DNA of 64,000 bases from Azolla caroliniana (Eukaryota; Plantae; Polypodiophyta), in contig JBHGNT010000005.1 of the NCBI GenBank assembly GCA_043228905.1, positions 1,736,001-1,800,000 of the forward strand. Direction: 5' to 3'. Shown piece after piece: positions 1 to 14,040 of this stretch. A program made the position numbers and the translations under genes. Numbering within the stretch: the stretch's first letter is position 1; each line of letters opens with the position of its first letter. Under the pieces are notes generated by a model, which saw nothing but the letters and a program-made list of their open reading frames with translations, was not told the DNA's origin and searched no databases.

Positions 1-3000
1 TAGCTAGTGGCACACAAGAAGGGGGTTTATATCGCCTGAAAAGTTCCCATAGCCCCGTGGAAAAATCCAAATCTCATCTTCTTCAAGACTCTCATGCTTT
101 GGTTGCACAAGAAGATCCCATGATGTGGCACACTAGGTTCGGTCACCTCAATTACGATTCTCTACAAAAGCTCTCCTCTTCACATCTAGTTGAGGGTCTG
201 CCTATTTTCAAAACTCCCAATACCCCATGTGTTGCTTGTCTTCATGGCAAGCAACATCGAGTGCCTTTCCCTCATGAAGCCACGCACTATGTAACATCTA
301 TCCTGGAGTTAATGCACATGGATCTTTGTGGACCCATGAAACCAATACTCTTGGTGGTGCACGCCACTAAATGCTTATTATTGATTATTTTTCCCATAAG
401 GTTTGGGTTTATTTTCTTGTAGAGAAATCGCAAGCCTTCTCCAAATTTCAAGAATGGGTAGCTCTTGTGGAGAACAAGACATCAAAGAAAGTTCGTAAGA
501 TCAGGTCCGACAATGGTGGAGAGTTTAGCTCCCAATCTTTCCACCATTTCTGCTCTCAATGAGGCATTGCTCGCCAGTTTTCTACACCCAATACTCAACA
601 AAATGTTGTGGAAAGGAAGAACCACACAGTCCAAGATATGGCTCATACAATGCTATCTCAATCTGATCTTCCTCTCTCGTTTTGGGGTGAAGTTGTCAAC
701 ACAGCAGTCCACATCATCAACTGTTGCCCAACAAAAGCAATTGCTGCAGTGACCCCTGCAGAAGCATTTACAAGTGTAAAGCCCCTTAGTATCTCAGTTT
801 AAAGTCTTGGTTGTGATGCTTATGCTCACATTTCAGATCATAAAAGGACTAAATTTGAGTCTAAAACCAAGAAATGCATTTAGAATCAAAGTCCCTAGTC
901 ATCTCTAGGGATGTTCATTTTGTGGAGTCTAAGCCGGATGACTCTAGGATTTCACTTGAGTTCAGGATTGAAATCCCAGCTCTTCCGGAATCTCCTATTA
1001 TAGATGAAGATGCCTCATCTTCAAGCCCCCCATCTCCTCCTACTCAACCTCTAACTTCACGAACAATTCAACCCTCTCCCTCAACTCCACTCGTTTCCCC
1101 TCCCTCTACACACCAACTTCCACCACTTCCCAAGTGGCTTCAAGCCACCATTCGTGATTCTCATCTCTCCAATGCTGAACTTCATGAGTATAAATCTGGT
1201 TCTTCGACCAACATGAAAGAACACGTAGGTCACAATAGCCTCTTCAGTCATGCAACTTTGCTTTACTGTGCACTATTGTGCAATCACAAGAACCCACAGC
1301 AGCAAAAGAGGCCCTTGTTCTTCCAAAGTGGAAAGCAGCAATGGAAGTTGAATTGGTCCCACAACCTCAACATCGACAGGTCATTGGACTGAAATGGATA
1401 TTTAAGACCAAGTACCATGCTGATGGTACTTTGGATAAGCAGAAGGCACGGTTTGTTGCAAAAGGCTACTCACAAGTCGAAGGACTGGATTACGAGGAAA
1501 CTTTTGCTCCAACAGCAAGGTACACCTCTATTCGATGTGTGCTTGCGCTTGCTGCTCACTACAAATGGCCCATCTTTCAAATGGATGTCAAGTCAGCCTT
1601 CCTTAATGGTGACTTGAAAGAGGAAGTTTATGTTGAACAGCCTCCAGGTTTCGAGATTTCAGAGTGGAAAGACACGGTCTACTGGTTACACAAAGCCTTG
1701 TATGGTTTAAAGCAAGGTCCCAAAGCTTGGCATGACAAAATTGATACCTGTTATATTGACAGCAATCTCTATGTCTTTTCCCAAGAAAATCTGCTATGCT
1801 TGATCATATTATATGTTTCTAATTACAGGGTCCCTTGCTTCTAAAATCAAGGAGCTCCGTGCTGACCTCAAAACCACATTCGAAATGATTGATCTAGGAC
1901 TTTTCCATTACTTTATAGGTAGGGAGGTCTATCAATCACATGGTGGTATATTCCTCAGCCAACTGGAGGTCTATCAATCACATAGGTATCTCTGGTAGCT
2001 CCTTGAGACCTATGGCATGTCAAATTGCAAGCCACTCTCTTGTCCGATGGATCCTAACTCAAAGTTATCTTGTGAAGATGATTCTCCCATATTTGAAGAT
2101 ATCACCAAATATATAGACGGTTAATTGGGTCTCTTCTTTACTTAACTTACACTAGGCCTGATTTGTCCTATAGCGTGAGTATTCTCAGCCAATTCTCAAG
2201 TGCTCCGAGACAAAGTCATTGGCAAGCAACTATTCGAGTTCTTAGGTACTTGGCCAACACACTCGAGTATGGTCTGTCTTTGAAGATATCACCAAATATA
2301 TAGACGGTTAATTGGGTCTCTTCTTCACTTAACTTACACTAGGCCTGATTTGTCCTATATAGCGTGAGTATTCTCAGCCAATTCTCAAGTGCTCCGAGAC
2401 AAAGTCATTGGCAAGCAACTATTCGAGTTCTTAGGTACTTGGCCAACACACTCGAGTATGGTCTGTCTTTTAGAGGTGGCATTGAGCTTGTTGGCTACTC
2501 GGATGTTGATTGGGCAGATTATATTGATTCTAAAAAGTCTACATCTGGCTATTGTTTTATGTTAGGTTCAGGCTTAATTTCTTGGAAATCAAAGAAGCAA
2601 AACTCAGTTTCTACTTCATGAACGGAAGCTGAATATCAAGCCTACTTGGATACTTGTTGTGAGTTGCGATGGTTAATGCAATTAGTTTGTCGCCTTAGTG
2701 TTTTGCAAGACTCTCCTATTGCAGTTTTCACTGACAGCCAAAGTGCCTGTGCCTTGGCACATAGCTTAGCATTTCATGGTAGAACAAAACATATTGAAGT
2801 GCACTACCATTTTGTTTGTGAATTAATAAAATCACAAGTCATCAACTTGGCATCTTGTTCTACTCAAGAAAATGTAGCTAATTTCACTGACAGCCAAAGT
2901 GCCCGTGCCTTGGCACATAGCTTAGCATTTCATGGTAGAACAAAACATATTGAAGTGCACTACCATTTTGTTTGTGAATTAATAAAATCACAAGTCATCA

Positions 3001-3126
3001 ACTTGGCATCTTGTTCTACTCAAGAAAATGTAGCTAATTTATTTACGAAGCCACTTCCCAGGCAAGCCATTGATCAACTCCTTGATTGACTCAATGTTGG
3101 ACCCCCGTTCAGGAGATGAGAGGAGG
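1..3126 (+). mobile_element. Ty1/copia LTR retrotransposon, degenerate internal pol region (5' part outside window)
   Basis: Domains in copia order: GAG-pre-integrase (WHTRFGHLN...CVACLHGKQHR), integrase (HMDLCGP, IRSDNGGEF, ERKNHT), RT ([34 protein letters not shown]), RNase H (GYSDVDWA, RTKHIEVHYHF). Many frameshifts and stops. Purine tract AGGAGATGAGAGGAGG at 3111-3126. Confidence 0.95.
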
Positions 3127-3629
3127 TGTTGGAGGGTGGCAGCTCCAAACCTGCACTCTTTCATCTTTAATATCTCTCTTTTACACTCTTTAAATGCCTT
3201 CTCTCTCTAGAATTTGCAACTCTTTAAATGCCTTCTCTCCCTAGAATTTGCAACGCTTTAAATGACTTTTCTCTCTTCCACTTTTTCCAAGATAATCCCT
3301 CTTATTCCTAGTTTATTGTACCTATTTGGTAGTACAAGACTCACTTAACTACCAAACAACCATTTCACCCACTTTCCCGAATTTTGTATAAATAGGCTAT
3401 ACCAGCCTCTTTTGTAAAGACTTTTACTTTTGTTGCTACTTACAAACAAGCTCTACTCTTTGGCCGTGTCTCTACTCTTTGGCCATGTCTCTACTCTTTG
3501 CAACCATTTTTTCTACTGCTGTCTAACAGCCTTCTCACAGCTTGGCTGTGTCTATTTTGTTTGAACAACTGTTCCGCTGCTGCTATTAACAGCTTTTCTC
3601 ACATGTTCTTCATGGATGTGTCACCAACA
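3127..3629 (+). repeat. 3' LTR of the copia element (~503 bp)
   Basis: Starts TGTTGG directly after the PPT and ends CCAACA (6-bp inverted termini). TATAAAT at about 3387-3393. Internal 34-bp tandem repeats at 3186-3262. Confidence 0.85.
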
Positions 3630-4505
3630 TGTATGCTCTTTCCCACCTTTCTCTGTGATTATGTTTATACCATCGGGAGTGATCCTCGAACCAAATGCAG
3701 TTCTTTTGGAAGGGGAGGCAGCTCTAGTTCTTTGTCATGTGTATATATATTCATCTGTCCGTTTTGCCCTATTTTGCACCCAAAGACTATAAATATCATT
3801 GAGTTTGTGTTTGAAACTGAGATATTGGTGCCCAATAAGATAAGTATCTTACTCATCAAGGTTCTTCCTTGTGGCCCATCTAGGTTTTGCAGATAATGAT
3901 TGCGTTTCTGACACTAATGGGGGAGGCTTTGAGTTCAGAGCCAGGGGAAACTCTGCTTCCTTGATGTGAAATGGGGTAAACGAGTTGTAGAATTTCCATG
4001 AAGTGTCATCAGAAACATATTGTAGTTTTGTGGTTTCAAGTTTCCATGATGGAGTTCTCTAGAAAATGAAACCTTGTGTTTCACCAAAGCAGAGCGCTTG
4101 TAGTGTTCTCCATGTGTTCTGAAACTCTATCTGTGGACTTGCCAATCAGATCTTTTGGAATCCACCTATTGGTCTTTGAACAGCTTGTGGTTCTATTGTT
4201 CATTGTCCAAGGTTGATTCATTAGTTTACATTTTCTTTCATGAGCAGTGTAAGTGCTCTTATTATATCTTGTAAATGGGCATTTCTTAGTCTTGATGTTC
4301 AGGGGTAAATTCCTTTGTTTTCTATATTGATGAATATGATTTGGAGAACAGATGATTATGTTGAATGCTAAATAGTAAATTAGATAATAGGTTTCCTGCT
4401 TTTAAATTGATATTTTTTAGAAACTTTAGACCTAAGTGTACCCATAACCTAGCCCAATGTGCTTTTATCTAGTGATTATGTTTCAGATTTAATACTTCTT
4501 GACAG

Positions 4506-7500
4506 GTTCTGTATGGATGCTGCCGCTACAAGAAGCTTTTAGATGTATTGAATCGGAAACTATTTTCATGTAAATCACCACATGTTCAATGTGTGAATGA
4601 AACTCTCTATACAGTTCTTGGTTATCTTGCTCTCATGCGCCTAGAAGAGCTCACGTTTGATAACTTCAGGTGCATTCAGTTTAAAAAGGCCAGCAACATT
4701 AACTGAACTTTTAAGAAAATAAATGGATATTCAAAATTTTTGAGGCATGTGAGGAAAGCATAATTTCCGAGACCCATTTATTTGATCCAAATTGGATCTG
4801 TGCGCTACCCCATGTCGATAGATAGATTTAGGGGAGAGTGCTCAGCATTCGTACATGTACTTCACATTTTTCCAGATAACAAGCTCAAAAGGATGTTAAC
4901 TCCAGGTTTGCCAGTCCAGATCTCACCCAGGAGTTACAGCAGACTTTTTTGAGGACATAAAATTAGAGTGGAGTAAATATCATAAAATTAGCATAACTTT
5001 CTGGACTGAAATCAGGTGGCATTCTGATGATGGAGGTGTGACACTCTGCAGAATGAAGTAGATATCACATAAAATTAACATCCGACTCAAATGTGGAGAC
5101 TACGTAGACTGTAGGCAGGATGTTACAGCTGCAACTGTCTGGACTGTGGAATCTACTTGATAGAGACATTATGCAGGGGAAACTATCACTTTGTTAGAGA
5201 CTGTCTCCTATTTCACACGTCGTTATTGTTGCATCAATACAGGTTTTCTCTCCAGAAAACTGTCAAAGTAATTTTTTTGGATTTTAGATAGGAAGTCAGG
5301 TAGAGAACTATGAGAAGAAAGAACCATGTTATCTTTTGGACTATGAGAGCGTATCATAGAGTGGACTTGTCAGAGGACTGTAGAATTTAGCAAATAGTTA
5401 GGCATAATTATTGACAGAGTCTCTTATGGGCTGAGAAGTTTAAGATGTATAAACATGTAATGTGGATACTGGATAGAAAACTTTACTGAACTTTGTTACT
5501 TTCAAAAGTTATGGGTACTAACATAGAGTCTCACAGCAGTTTGATCTTGTTTGCAGCAAGTTTGTACTAAGCCAGCATCCACTGAAGCTACTGCCTTTCA
5601 TGCAGTTTGTATTCAGCCAGGTGGATCTAGTGAATTTTTGCAAGCCAGAATGGATTACATTGTATGACACCGAAGTAAGGTCTTCTTCATTGTGTTTGTT
5701 TTGATTGTTTACATTTGAATATGCGGTGGATTTTCTGACATTATTGAAAGGTTAAATACATTATAACAGTATGTTGACGCCATTATTGGAAGGTTAAATA
5801 CATGGAAGATTCAGGCAGAAGAGTTGACTAAAAGGTAATTCATCCTTGTGTTAGTTTTCTTAGCTAAACCTTCCATTAAGCTAGTAACAGACTCCTGCCA
5901 CTTGCTTAATAGAAGGTTCAACCTAGATATCTATCTATGAAATCTACTTGAATAATAACCAAATTCTTTACTGCTTTCTCTGTTTACCGCAAGTTTAAAT
6001 GACCATGGTTTTTATGAGAAATCATTTTGTTTAGACTCGAAGACAAAATTATATTAATAAAACACCAGAACAAATGCTCAACTGCTTGTAAACCATTTAA
6101 TCTGTCAATACCTGCAAAAAAGACGGCTGAAGTCATAGAAGGGGATGAGGTATATGAAACTTACAATTCATAACATTTATGATCTACAGATTATTGAATT
6201 GTCCTCATTATTCTCTATCATTGTGTTTAGAAAACTCATCAAGCAAAACCGTTTAAGGCAAAACCACCACCTAATTGGAGGAAAGGGCCAACACCCACAC
6301 AGAAAGCATTAGAAGCTACCTGTAAAGAGTCACGGAAGAAACTTGATAAGTTCTATGCAGATCCTAAGAACCGGCCATTTCATTTGCGTTCTTTAGAGCG
6401 TCCCTCAAAATTTGCTGCCGTAAAAGAGCAGGTGTATGTCTGATGCTGAAATCAAACTTTAAAATAATCACACGAGTTCTTGTCAAACAATATCTAATGT
6501 TTTAGAATAAGCAAGAAATTTAAATATGGAAATTTCTGGTAAGCAGAAATGACTGGTTTTCCCTAATGTTTATGAGTTACTGGCATGTTTTATTGTTGAA
6601 ATTGTGCATTTGTACTAACTGATGCAATCCTGATTTTCTCGATTTTCCCTTAGATTGAAGCAGTACGAAGTCTGGAAACCAAATATGTGGTACCCAAATT
6701 TCATCCATGTCCTGAACCTCCTGAAACTGAAGTGAGTTCGTCCCTTTTAAATTTCATATCTAAAATGTGTAGGAGGTCAATCATAACTGCTGATATTGTT
6801 GTTTTATTGCAGGTTAAGTTAACAACAGCAGTTGTGCTCCGTGAACATGCATTATACCAGAAACAGCTTCAAGAAGAACGACGACGTCTGGAGGCCTTTG
6901 AGATGGAGCTTCGAGATGATTCTGATTACAGATCCTGGAAGGTGGTTTCATGACTCTTTCATATATGTTAGCATTTATACTTAGCCTTTGTATTCTGCTC
7001 TTTGAGTTCATAACCTTATAAATTGAGACTCGCTGTTGAAACATACCTTCCTTGAGTAAATCCAGCCATAGTATCTTGCTGTCTCAAGGGGGAAATCTTG
7101 TTTATGTTGCTCTGTCCTGGATATGTTGTTCATCATTTGATCACAAATGTTTGAGGTTTATATGGATGAACTTCTGCATCATAGGGTACAATGAAATTTC
7201 ACACTTCTACTGCCCACATTTGAGAGTAAAAGAATCATGAAGGACAACATCAGACCACCACCACAGAAAATCCAACATAATGTATGGAATGATCTACTCT
7301 TTCACGCATGCAAGACATATATGATATATGGGGTAGTGAAGTGGAGTTTAAATAGCACCAGATGACTGCCTCAAGCTGTGACTCTGGGATAAGCTGAAAT
7401 TCTAAGAATCACTCTGGGACAGCTCTATTTTGCTGAAATACCTGATCTGACACGTTGAATTCCTCTTTTATGCCCACTTTTGTTGCAGCAGTAGCCCTCA

Positions 7501-9211
7501 ATTGTATGCTTCTAAGTATACCAGAGCTCATGGTGTTGAATTGTATAACAAAAATTAATCACAAAGCATGATATGAGCATCTTCTGTTGAGGTGCAAGAA
7601 ATTGGAAAAATCATTTGTATACCATGTTTCACCTCTGGCTGACATTCTACTGTTTGAAAATATAACACAAGGAATGATATGAACAAAGTTTTTGGTTCAG
7701 GTACAAGAATCCTGGAAGGTGTATTTGAATAACATGTTTCACCTCTGCACAGGCTGACGTACTAATATAAATTACTTATCTAGATATCATTCTAGTCTTG
7801 TTGCAGAAATTTAGCAAGCCATGTCAGGACATGATTGAGCTCGAAAACCAAGGCTTGTGAAAGCAAACACCACTTTCTGTTCCCTTTGATGCTCATTGAA
7901 CAAATCTTTGATATGCATTGGTCATGAAAAGCATAGCATCATTTTCGAGTTCATTAATGGAGGAGAGCAGATGGAAAATAAGTTTGTCTTTTGATTTCCA
8001 TGTTCATTATTTTGTCTTTTGATATTCATGTTTATTTCCTTCTTTGTCCTGCCCATATCAATATGTTTTGCTATTAATTGAGCTTCTATTAATTCGTTGT
8101 TGTTTATTATGCCAATTTCTGACTGTCTTACAGGAAGAAATGAAATCAAGGGATCAACTACTGGAGGATGCTTACAAGAAGTTCAGAAAAGCTTCTGTTG
8201 ATGCGTGTGATCAAGCTGCAATTGAGGCAAAAAATGCCAAGGTATGATACCCTAAGCTAAGAGAATCTACAAGAAACAAAACTTAGCTATGATTTATTTG
8301 CTCCTCTTAGCACAAAGTCCTGATGTCAATCAATTGCAGGCACAAGAAAACCGTGATATTGTGAAGAAGGTTAAAGAAGAGTCTCAAAAGTATGATGCAT
8401 TGAAATATGAGTTCTTCGTGAACTTGGAGCTGTTCAATAGACTTCGGAAAGAGAATATAATTGAAGGCGAGAAAGCTGTCAAGGTCCTCTTCTGCTCGTT
8501 TGTAATTGGTATTCATGCTTGTTTTTACCCACATTGTAATGGTCGGAATGTATATTATTCTTAACAATATACGTTCAACGGAGCATCTTCTACATTCTCT
8601 CTATTCAATAGTGTTTTTGTGTGCAGTTAGCTTCCAAAAAAATGGCTGAAGCAAAGAAGGAAAGAGCCCGAGAAATACAGGCTGAATCAGCAAAATTCAC
8701 ATCAATAACTGCCAATGAGCGTGCAACGGAGCTTGCAAAGAAGAGAGAGATCATACAACAACTTCATGTATGCGTTTGTCTTCAAATTATGGCTTACATT
8801 TTTCTAATAAACATTCATTGGAATTGTAATATAAGGCTACTATGTTCTAATCCAGAGCCTCGAGGCAGAGTCCATACACATCATGAAAAAATTTGATCGA
8901 AATAGTACAGCAGGCTATGGCCTGTTAGGGGAAATGTGTATATCTGAGCTCCAGGAACGTTTAACTTTAGTGAAAGAAGCAATCAAGAAAGAAGAAGAAT
9001 ATAGAAGAATCAGAATAACTGCCTTGAAAGAAGAGGTTTGATGGGTTATCTTTATTCTTGGCCAATATACATTCGATATTCATGTATGCTTATTGAATGT
9101 TGGTTGTTTCAGCAACAAAACAAGATACTTCAGAAATCCGCATTTGTTAAACAAATGAGGGAACTTGGACGAGTTCAAAGAATTGCAAAGAAAGATGACA
9201 AATTCCGCTGA
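4506..9211 (+). CDS. CFAP99: Cilia- and flagella-associated protein 99 (5'-partial, multi-exon)
   Basis: GT-AG exons at about 4506-4669 (VLYGCCRYKKLLDV...YLALMRLEELTFDNF), 5557-5674 (FCKPEWITLYDTE), 5770-5833, 6036-6149 (KPFNLS), 6231-6431, 6654-6731, 6813-6941 (VKLTTAVVLREHALYQKQ...EMELRD), 8134-8241, 8340-8483, 8627-8767, 8855-9035 (TAGYGLLGEMCISELQERL) and 9113-9211. These motifs match FAP99/CFAP99 as I recall it. The last exon is uncertain and may continue at 9282-9389. Confidence 0.8.
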
Positions 9212-12200
9212 AATCATGGGGTATCAATGAATTGTATTTTAAAGCCTACTACTTGGATAATGTTCCATTTCCATTTTACAGTTGGACATGAAGTCAGTGA
9301 AGCTAATCTCAAGAGGGAGATTGAAATTCAGACATTTTCTGAACAGGCCTCTCGTTGCGCAATTTATACATCCTGAAAGACTGTCATGAACAGACCTCTC
9401 GTTTGCTTCTTATGGATCTCATTCATAGACATACATAATTAGCTCTTGACAACTGTATCCAGATTTTGCATTTTGTTATACATTTTCTGAATCCCTTGAC
9501 ATTCATAGGTTTGTAAACTTTAGAAATCAATCAAAGTGTGTCTATGGGGTTTGGAATTAAGCATTGCTGCTTGGCAATGAGCATGTTCAAAGAAAGCTGG
9601 CTATAGCTAGCTCTTGGCTTAACATTGTCAAGCTTTTTATATATAACGCTAAGGTTGTTAAGCTATAGTCTACTTCCAAAGTAATTGCTCACCTTTTATG
9701 CAACTTCATATCGCTTGGTTTTCTATTTTCATTATATGGAAGCTTAACATGTCCACATTCAAGTTCTGTTTTATGAAATATCCTAGATTGAGATTCTTGC
9801 TCTATGCTACCAAACGATCTCCACCAACCATGTGTTTTAAGAAAAAGAATACATTTGATTGCTCGAAACAAAATGTGGCTTACCATTTGCTGTGCATTAA
9901 GTTCTTGAAAGCTTTCCTTCATTTCTTATGTATCCATAGTATTGTAAGGCAAAAGAAGAATTATTATAAAGCAAAAAATATCTTAAGAACTTGAGAGGAA
10001 ACCATAAGTAGTAGCAAAAATAACACGTTCTCCATTTTTATGGAAAAGTTATCACATTTTCTAACAATTCTTTGTGTAGATTTATAAAATTGCCCCAAAT
10101 CTAGATAGTGTACTTGTAAATCTTGTGGTTTGCATAATTCATGGTTAAAGTGGTTTTAGTGATGGATTCATTGCCGTACCAATTTCAAGTCATGTACGTT
10201 AATAGAAAAATGACTAAAGGATTTTAGTGGAAATGTTGATGAAATGGGGAAAATAAGGGTTCTTTAATACAATAGGTTAAACAAAATACCATCAGAATCA
10301 TTAATGCTAAAAGAAATGAAAAAATTGAGAGAAATCTATTTAAAGTGATCTAATTGTGATCCATAAAAGGTGGACGAAAGAAGAAAGTTGATAAAGAATG
10401 TAAAAATTGAGGAGCCTCTTAAAGGCATAACCCATGATACATGTGCCTCGATTATTGTAGTTTTAGAAAAACAAATGAATTAACTTGTTTTCTACTTGTA
10501 TTGCACCAAATGCAAAAATTGTAGAACTAATAAGCAACAAATGATATCTCCCTTTCCATGTCATGGCGTTTGGTAAACAAGGAGAACCCATGATAACCCC
10601 TCCTAAACAAAGAGAATTTCATCCTTGTAATAAGTGTAATATATTAAGAAAGTTATGCTTTTTTCAAGGTACATAATTGATGGTTTATAAAAACACGTAG
10701 AGACAATCAAAACTACAATTTGTTGCAAGGAACAAACTTACAATGTCAACTCTCGAGCATAGTTTTAAAAAAATGAATCTCCAGAAAAACATATGAACTT
10801 GTAATGCACATGAATAAAGGCGACACAACCACCTATCATATCCACCTATTAGATATAAAATCTCTAGTGATAAACATAATATTTTATTGCAACCAACTCA
10901 TCATACAACGTTGTCAATGAGTTAAGTCATCTTTTGGGTTACTTAAACCTGTAAGTATCAATTGAGACTCTACATTTGTTGTGTTTGATGTTTTTCCTAA
11001 CGTGAATTCAACTCTCCATATTATTGCATTTATCATCCTTGATTGCACTATCCAAATAAGTGGATAGGTTTCCACATTTGGAATTGGCTTACCTTTCAAT
11101 GCATGACCTAGTACATTTGTGGTGTTGTGAGTTTTTGCGTGGTTGTCAAAGATATTAGCATTGGGAATGTGTGATTTATTCTAGAGTTACTGACAACGTG
11201 AACTTGAATGTGTGTCGAGGTTTCATATACAACAAATTGCCCCATACCATTATGGAGTTGAACTTAAGTGGAAAGATGATCTTGAGGACAATGGAACTTG
11301 TGAGAAGGATACTACTCTTTGAAGCATGATTCCCGCTTTTCTTACTATTGCAAGTGTGCATGTCATTGTTAGAGTGTGCTTCTCATCTGCTCTAAATTTG
11401 CTTGTCTCCATTCAAACTTCATTTCACGACTGGTAATTGATTTCAAGTTTTCCTTCTGGTCACTTGTTTCTTTCGAATGTAATACATCTCGATATTGAAA
11501 ACATTTTCAAGGATCCTAGAGTGTTGATGAATTCATAATTGTTGTCATGAGTTCCATAGTTCTTCTTATATTTGATGCTTGTGATGTCAAAATGGCATTC
11601 TAATCAACTCAAACAATTATGGAACTCACTCTAGAGTCTAGACTTCCTTGCACAAAAAAATTGACTTTACTTGTGTCAGCATGCATGTAATCATTTAGTT
11701 GGTTGTGTTGAGTTCGTTTTGGTTCATGAGCTCATTGGTTTGATAGATTGATATATGCACACTTTAATAACGACTCCTTGGTATGGTACAACTTCAATAC
11801 AACATTTGAAAAAGTATTAGGATGCACAAATAACTCGAGAAAATTGATCAGACTATAGCCAAGTTTGTTCCATTGAAACTACGAACTTATCAATTCGAAA
11901 ATTTGAAATGGATGATAAAGGTCAATAATTGAATACGTGGATCATCGTGTAATTTAGAGAAATACATTACTTGCTTTTTAAGCCAAGTTCGCGGCAATTA
12001 CAATGTTTGAGTGAAATAGTTTACAATAACATGTGGTATGGTGTTGAAACCTAATATGTGGGTTGGTATTAGGTAACGTAGTCGTTTGCAGACTAAGATT
12101 ACTATGATATCATACGAAGGTTTACAGATTTAATGGCATCATGCTTGTTGTAAATGCATCATTGTAATAGTTGACGTACATGGGTAAAATCATAAATTAT

Positions 12201-13914
12201 ACATGTGTGGTTGCATTTCTTACTTAAGAATTTAACACATGTATTAAAATTTTACTAGATGATTAACTTACGAGAAAGAATTAGTATTTACTTTTTTGCT
12301 AAAAAAAGAATTAGTATTTACGCACAAGTAACATACCAAAGACAAGATCGAAGACATTTTATGTGCAAACCACAATGTCACATGTTGGCTCTTGTTTACA
12401 ACAAAGCGAACATGTTAACATTTGGAAATCCATACAAGATAGAGAGGAGATAAATGATAATATATAGGGATCAACAATCATGATAAATATTATGTGAGCT
12501 TCATATAGAAATAATCACACAACTACTTTCCATCATGAAATGTACGCTTTATAACAACTTTTCTAACTAGGCTTCTCACACCAATAGACTAGGTACATCC
12601 ATAAAGAGATGATGTGAACAAAGACAGAAAATGTAATGCGCTTGCGTTTACGTAAATGATGATGAACAATTTTGTCCTCGAGTGAAAGTCTTGCATTTAT
12701 TAAAAACTTTGATAGATGGTCGACAAACATCAAGGGCAATAACAATCTCAAGCATAACTACAATACGTTTCAAGCAATATTGTGAAAGTATTATCTAGGA
12801 ATCTTGGGTATATAAAATGAATTGTAGCTTAATAAACCTACCTTGGTTATAAATGTGTAGTTGTATCTATGGGTTTGGGGGGCAAGCCTAGGAGAAAAGT
12901 GGGTTGTAGAAAATTTACAATTGCAACCCCTCTTTTCACATGTGTTTCAATGGATAACAAACCTTAGCGTTGTGGCTTGAGATCGGCAACATGTACAATG
13001 CGCCATGGCCTCGAGTTTGTTGAAAAACGTTCATAAATCCCCTTGTTGTTAACACAACATGTACATTGGTAGCCCAAGGAAGGCTAAAATGAATATAACT
13101 ACAACCTACAACAATTGCCTCTCATCATAAAATAAATCAAATGCTAGAATTAACTTGTGTCTCTCGTTGGATATTCAAGATGAAAATTGTTATGGCGGAC
13201 AAAGGAACTAGAAAAATGTTATAATAGTGTGGACGACGAGTCTTAAGATTATTGTCAAGGTTCTCTTAAAGGGGAAGAGGGGGAGGGGGAGCCCATCAAA
13301 TTCAATCTCATTAAGTTTTAGCCGAGTACCCAAAATTGCATGCCAACACTAGCTATCCCATTTCTCTGGCTAGTCGTCTGGACAAGTAAAATGAAATTCA
13401 TGGGTACCTTCACGGGAGAGGGCTCCAATGATCACTAGACTAGTGTAGCTATTAGTTATGCTTTGATCAAGGACCTCTCAAGGGGTTGCTCTATCCATCA
13501 CGAAGCATCCACACATCCCCATTTCATGAAAAAGAAAAAAAGAAGATTGTAAAGAGAAAGAAAGAAAGAAAGAAATGTATATTGACATCTAGCAGAGAGG
13601 TCGATATTGGTGCGTGAGGCAAATCATAGTTACAAATACATACGGGTGAATTCCGGCTATCCATCTCAAAACAAAAATAAGAAGCTCTACATTTTCCAAA
13701 AGATGCATGGCAATGATCTTAATGTGTGTGTGGTGGAGTGATCTTCGAGATGGTTTACAGACAAGGAGTGCATATGTACATTGTGATGAAGCCATACGGT
13801 CTCAGTTCGGCTATCGTACGCTTGGCTATCGTACGCTTGTGCTATGTTGACACAACAGAAGCCAAAAGATATATTTCTATATATACATAGACACACATTT
13901 ACAATGTGTGAATG

Positions 13915-14040
13915 GATATATGATATGTATGTATATGGTATACCGTATATGTATGTATGTACATAGATACATACATAGATACATACATACATACATACAG
14001 TCTTACGGACAGACAGACAGAGACAGAGACAGACAGAGAG
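13915..14040. repeat. Compound microsatellite (TATG/TACA/GACA/GAGA)
   Basis: Seen directly. Confidence 0.9.

Noticed and set aside
9950-13500. Short ORFs and probable old TE debris between CFAP99 and TTC39
   Set aside because: No recognisable domains, termini or exon structure.
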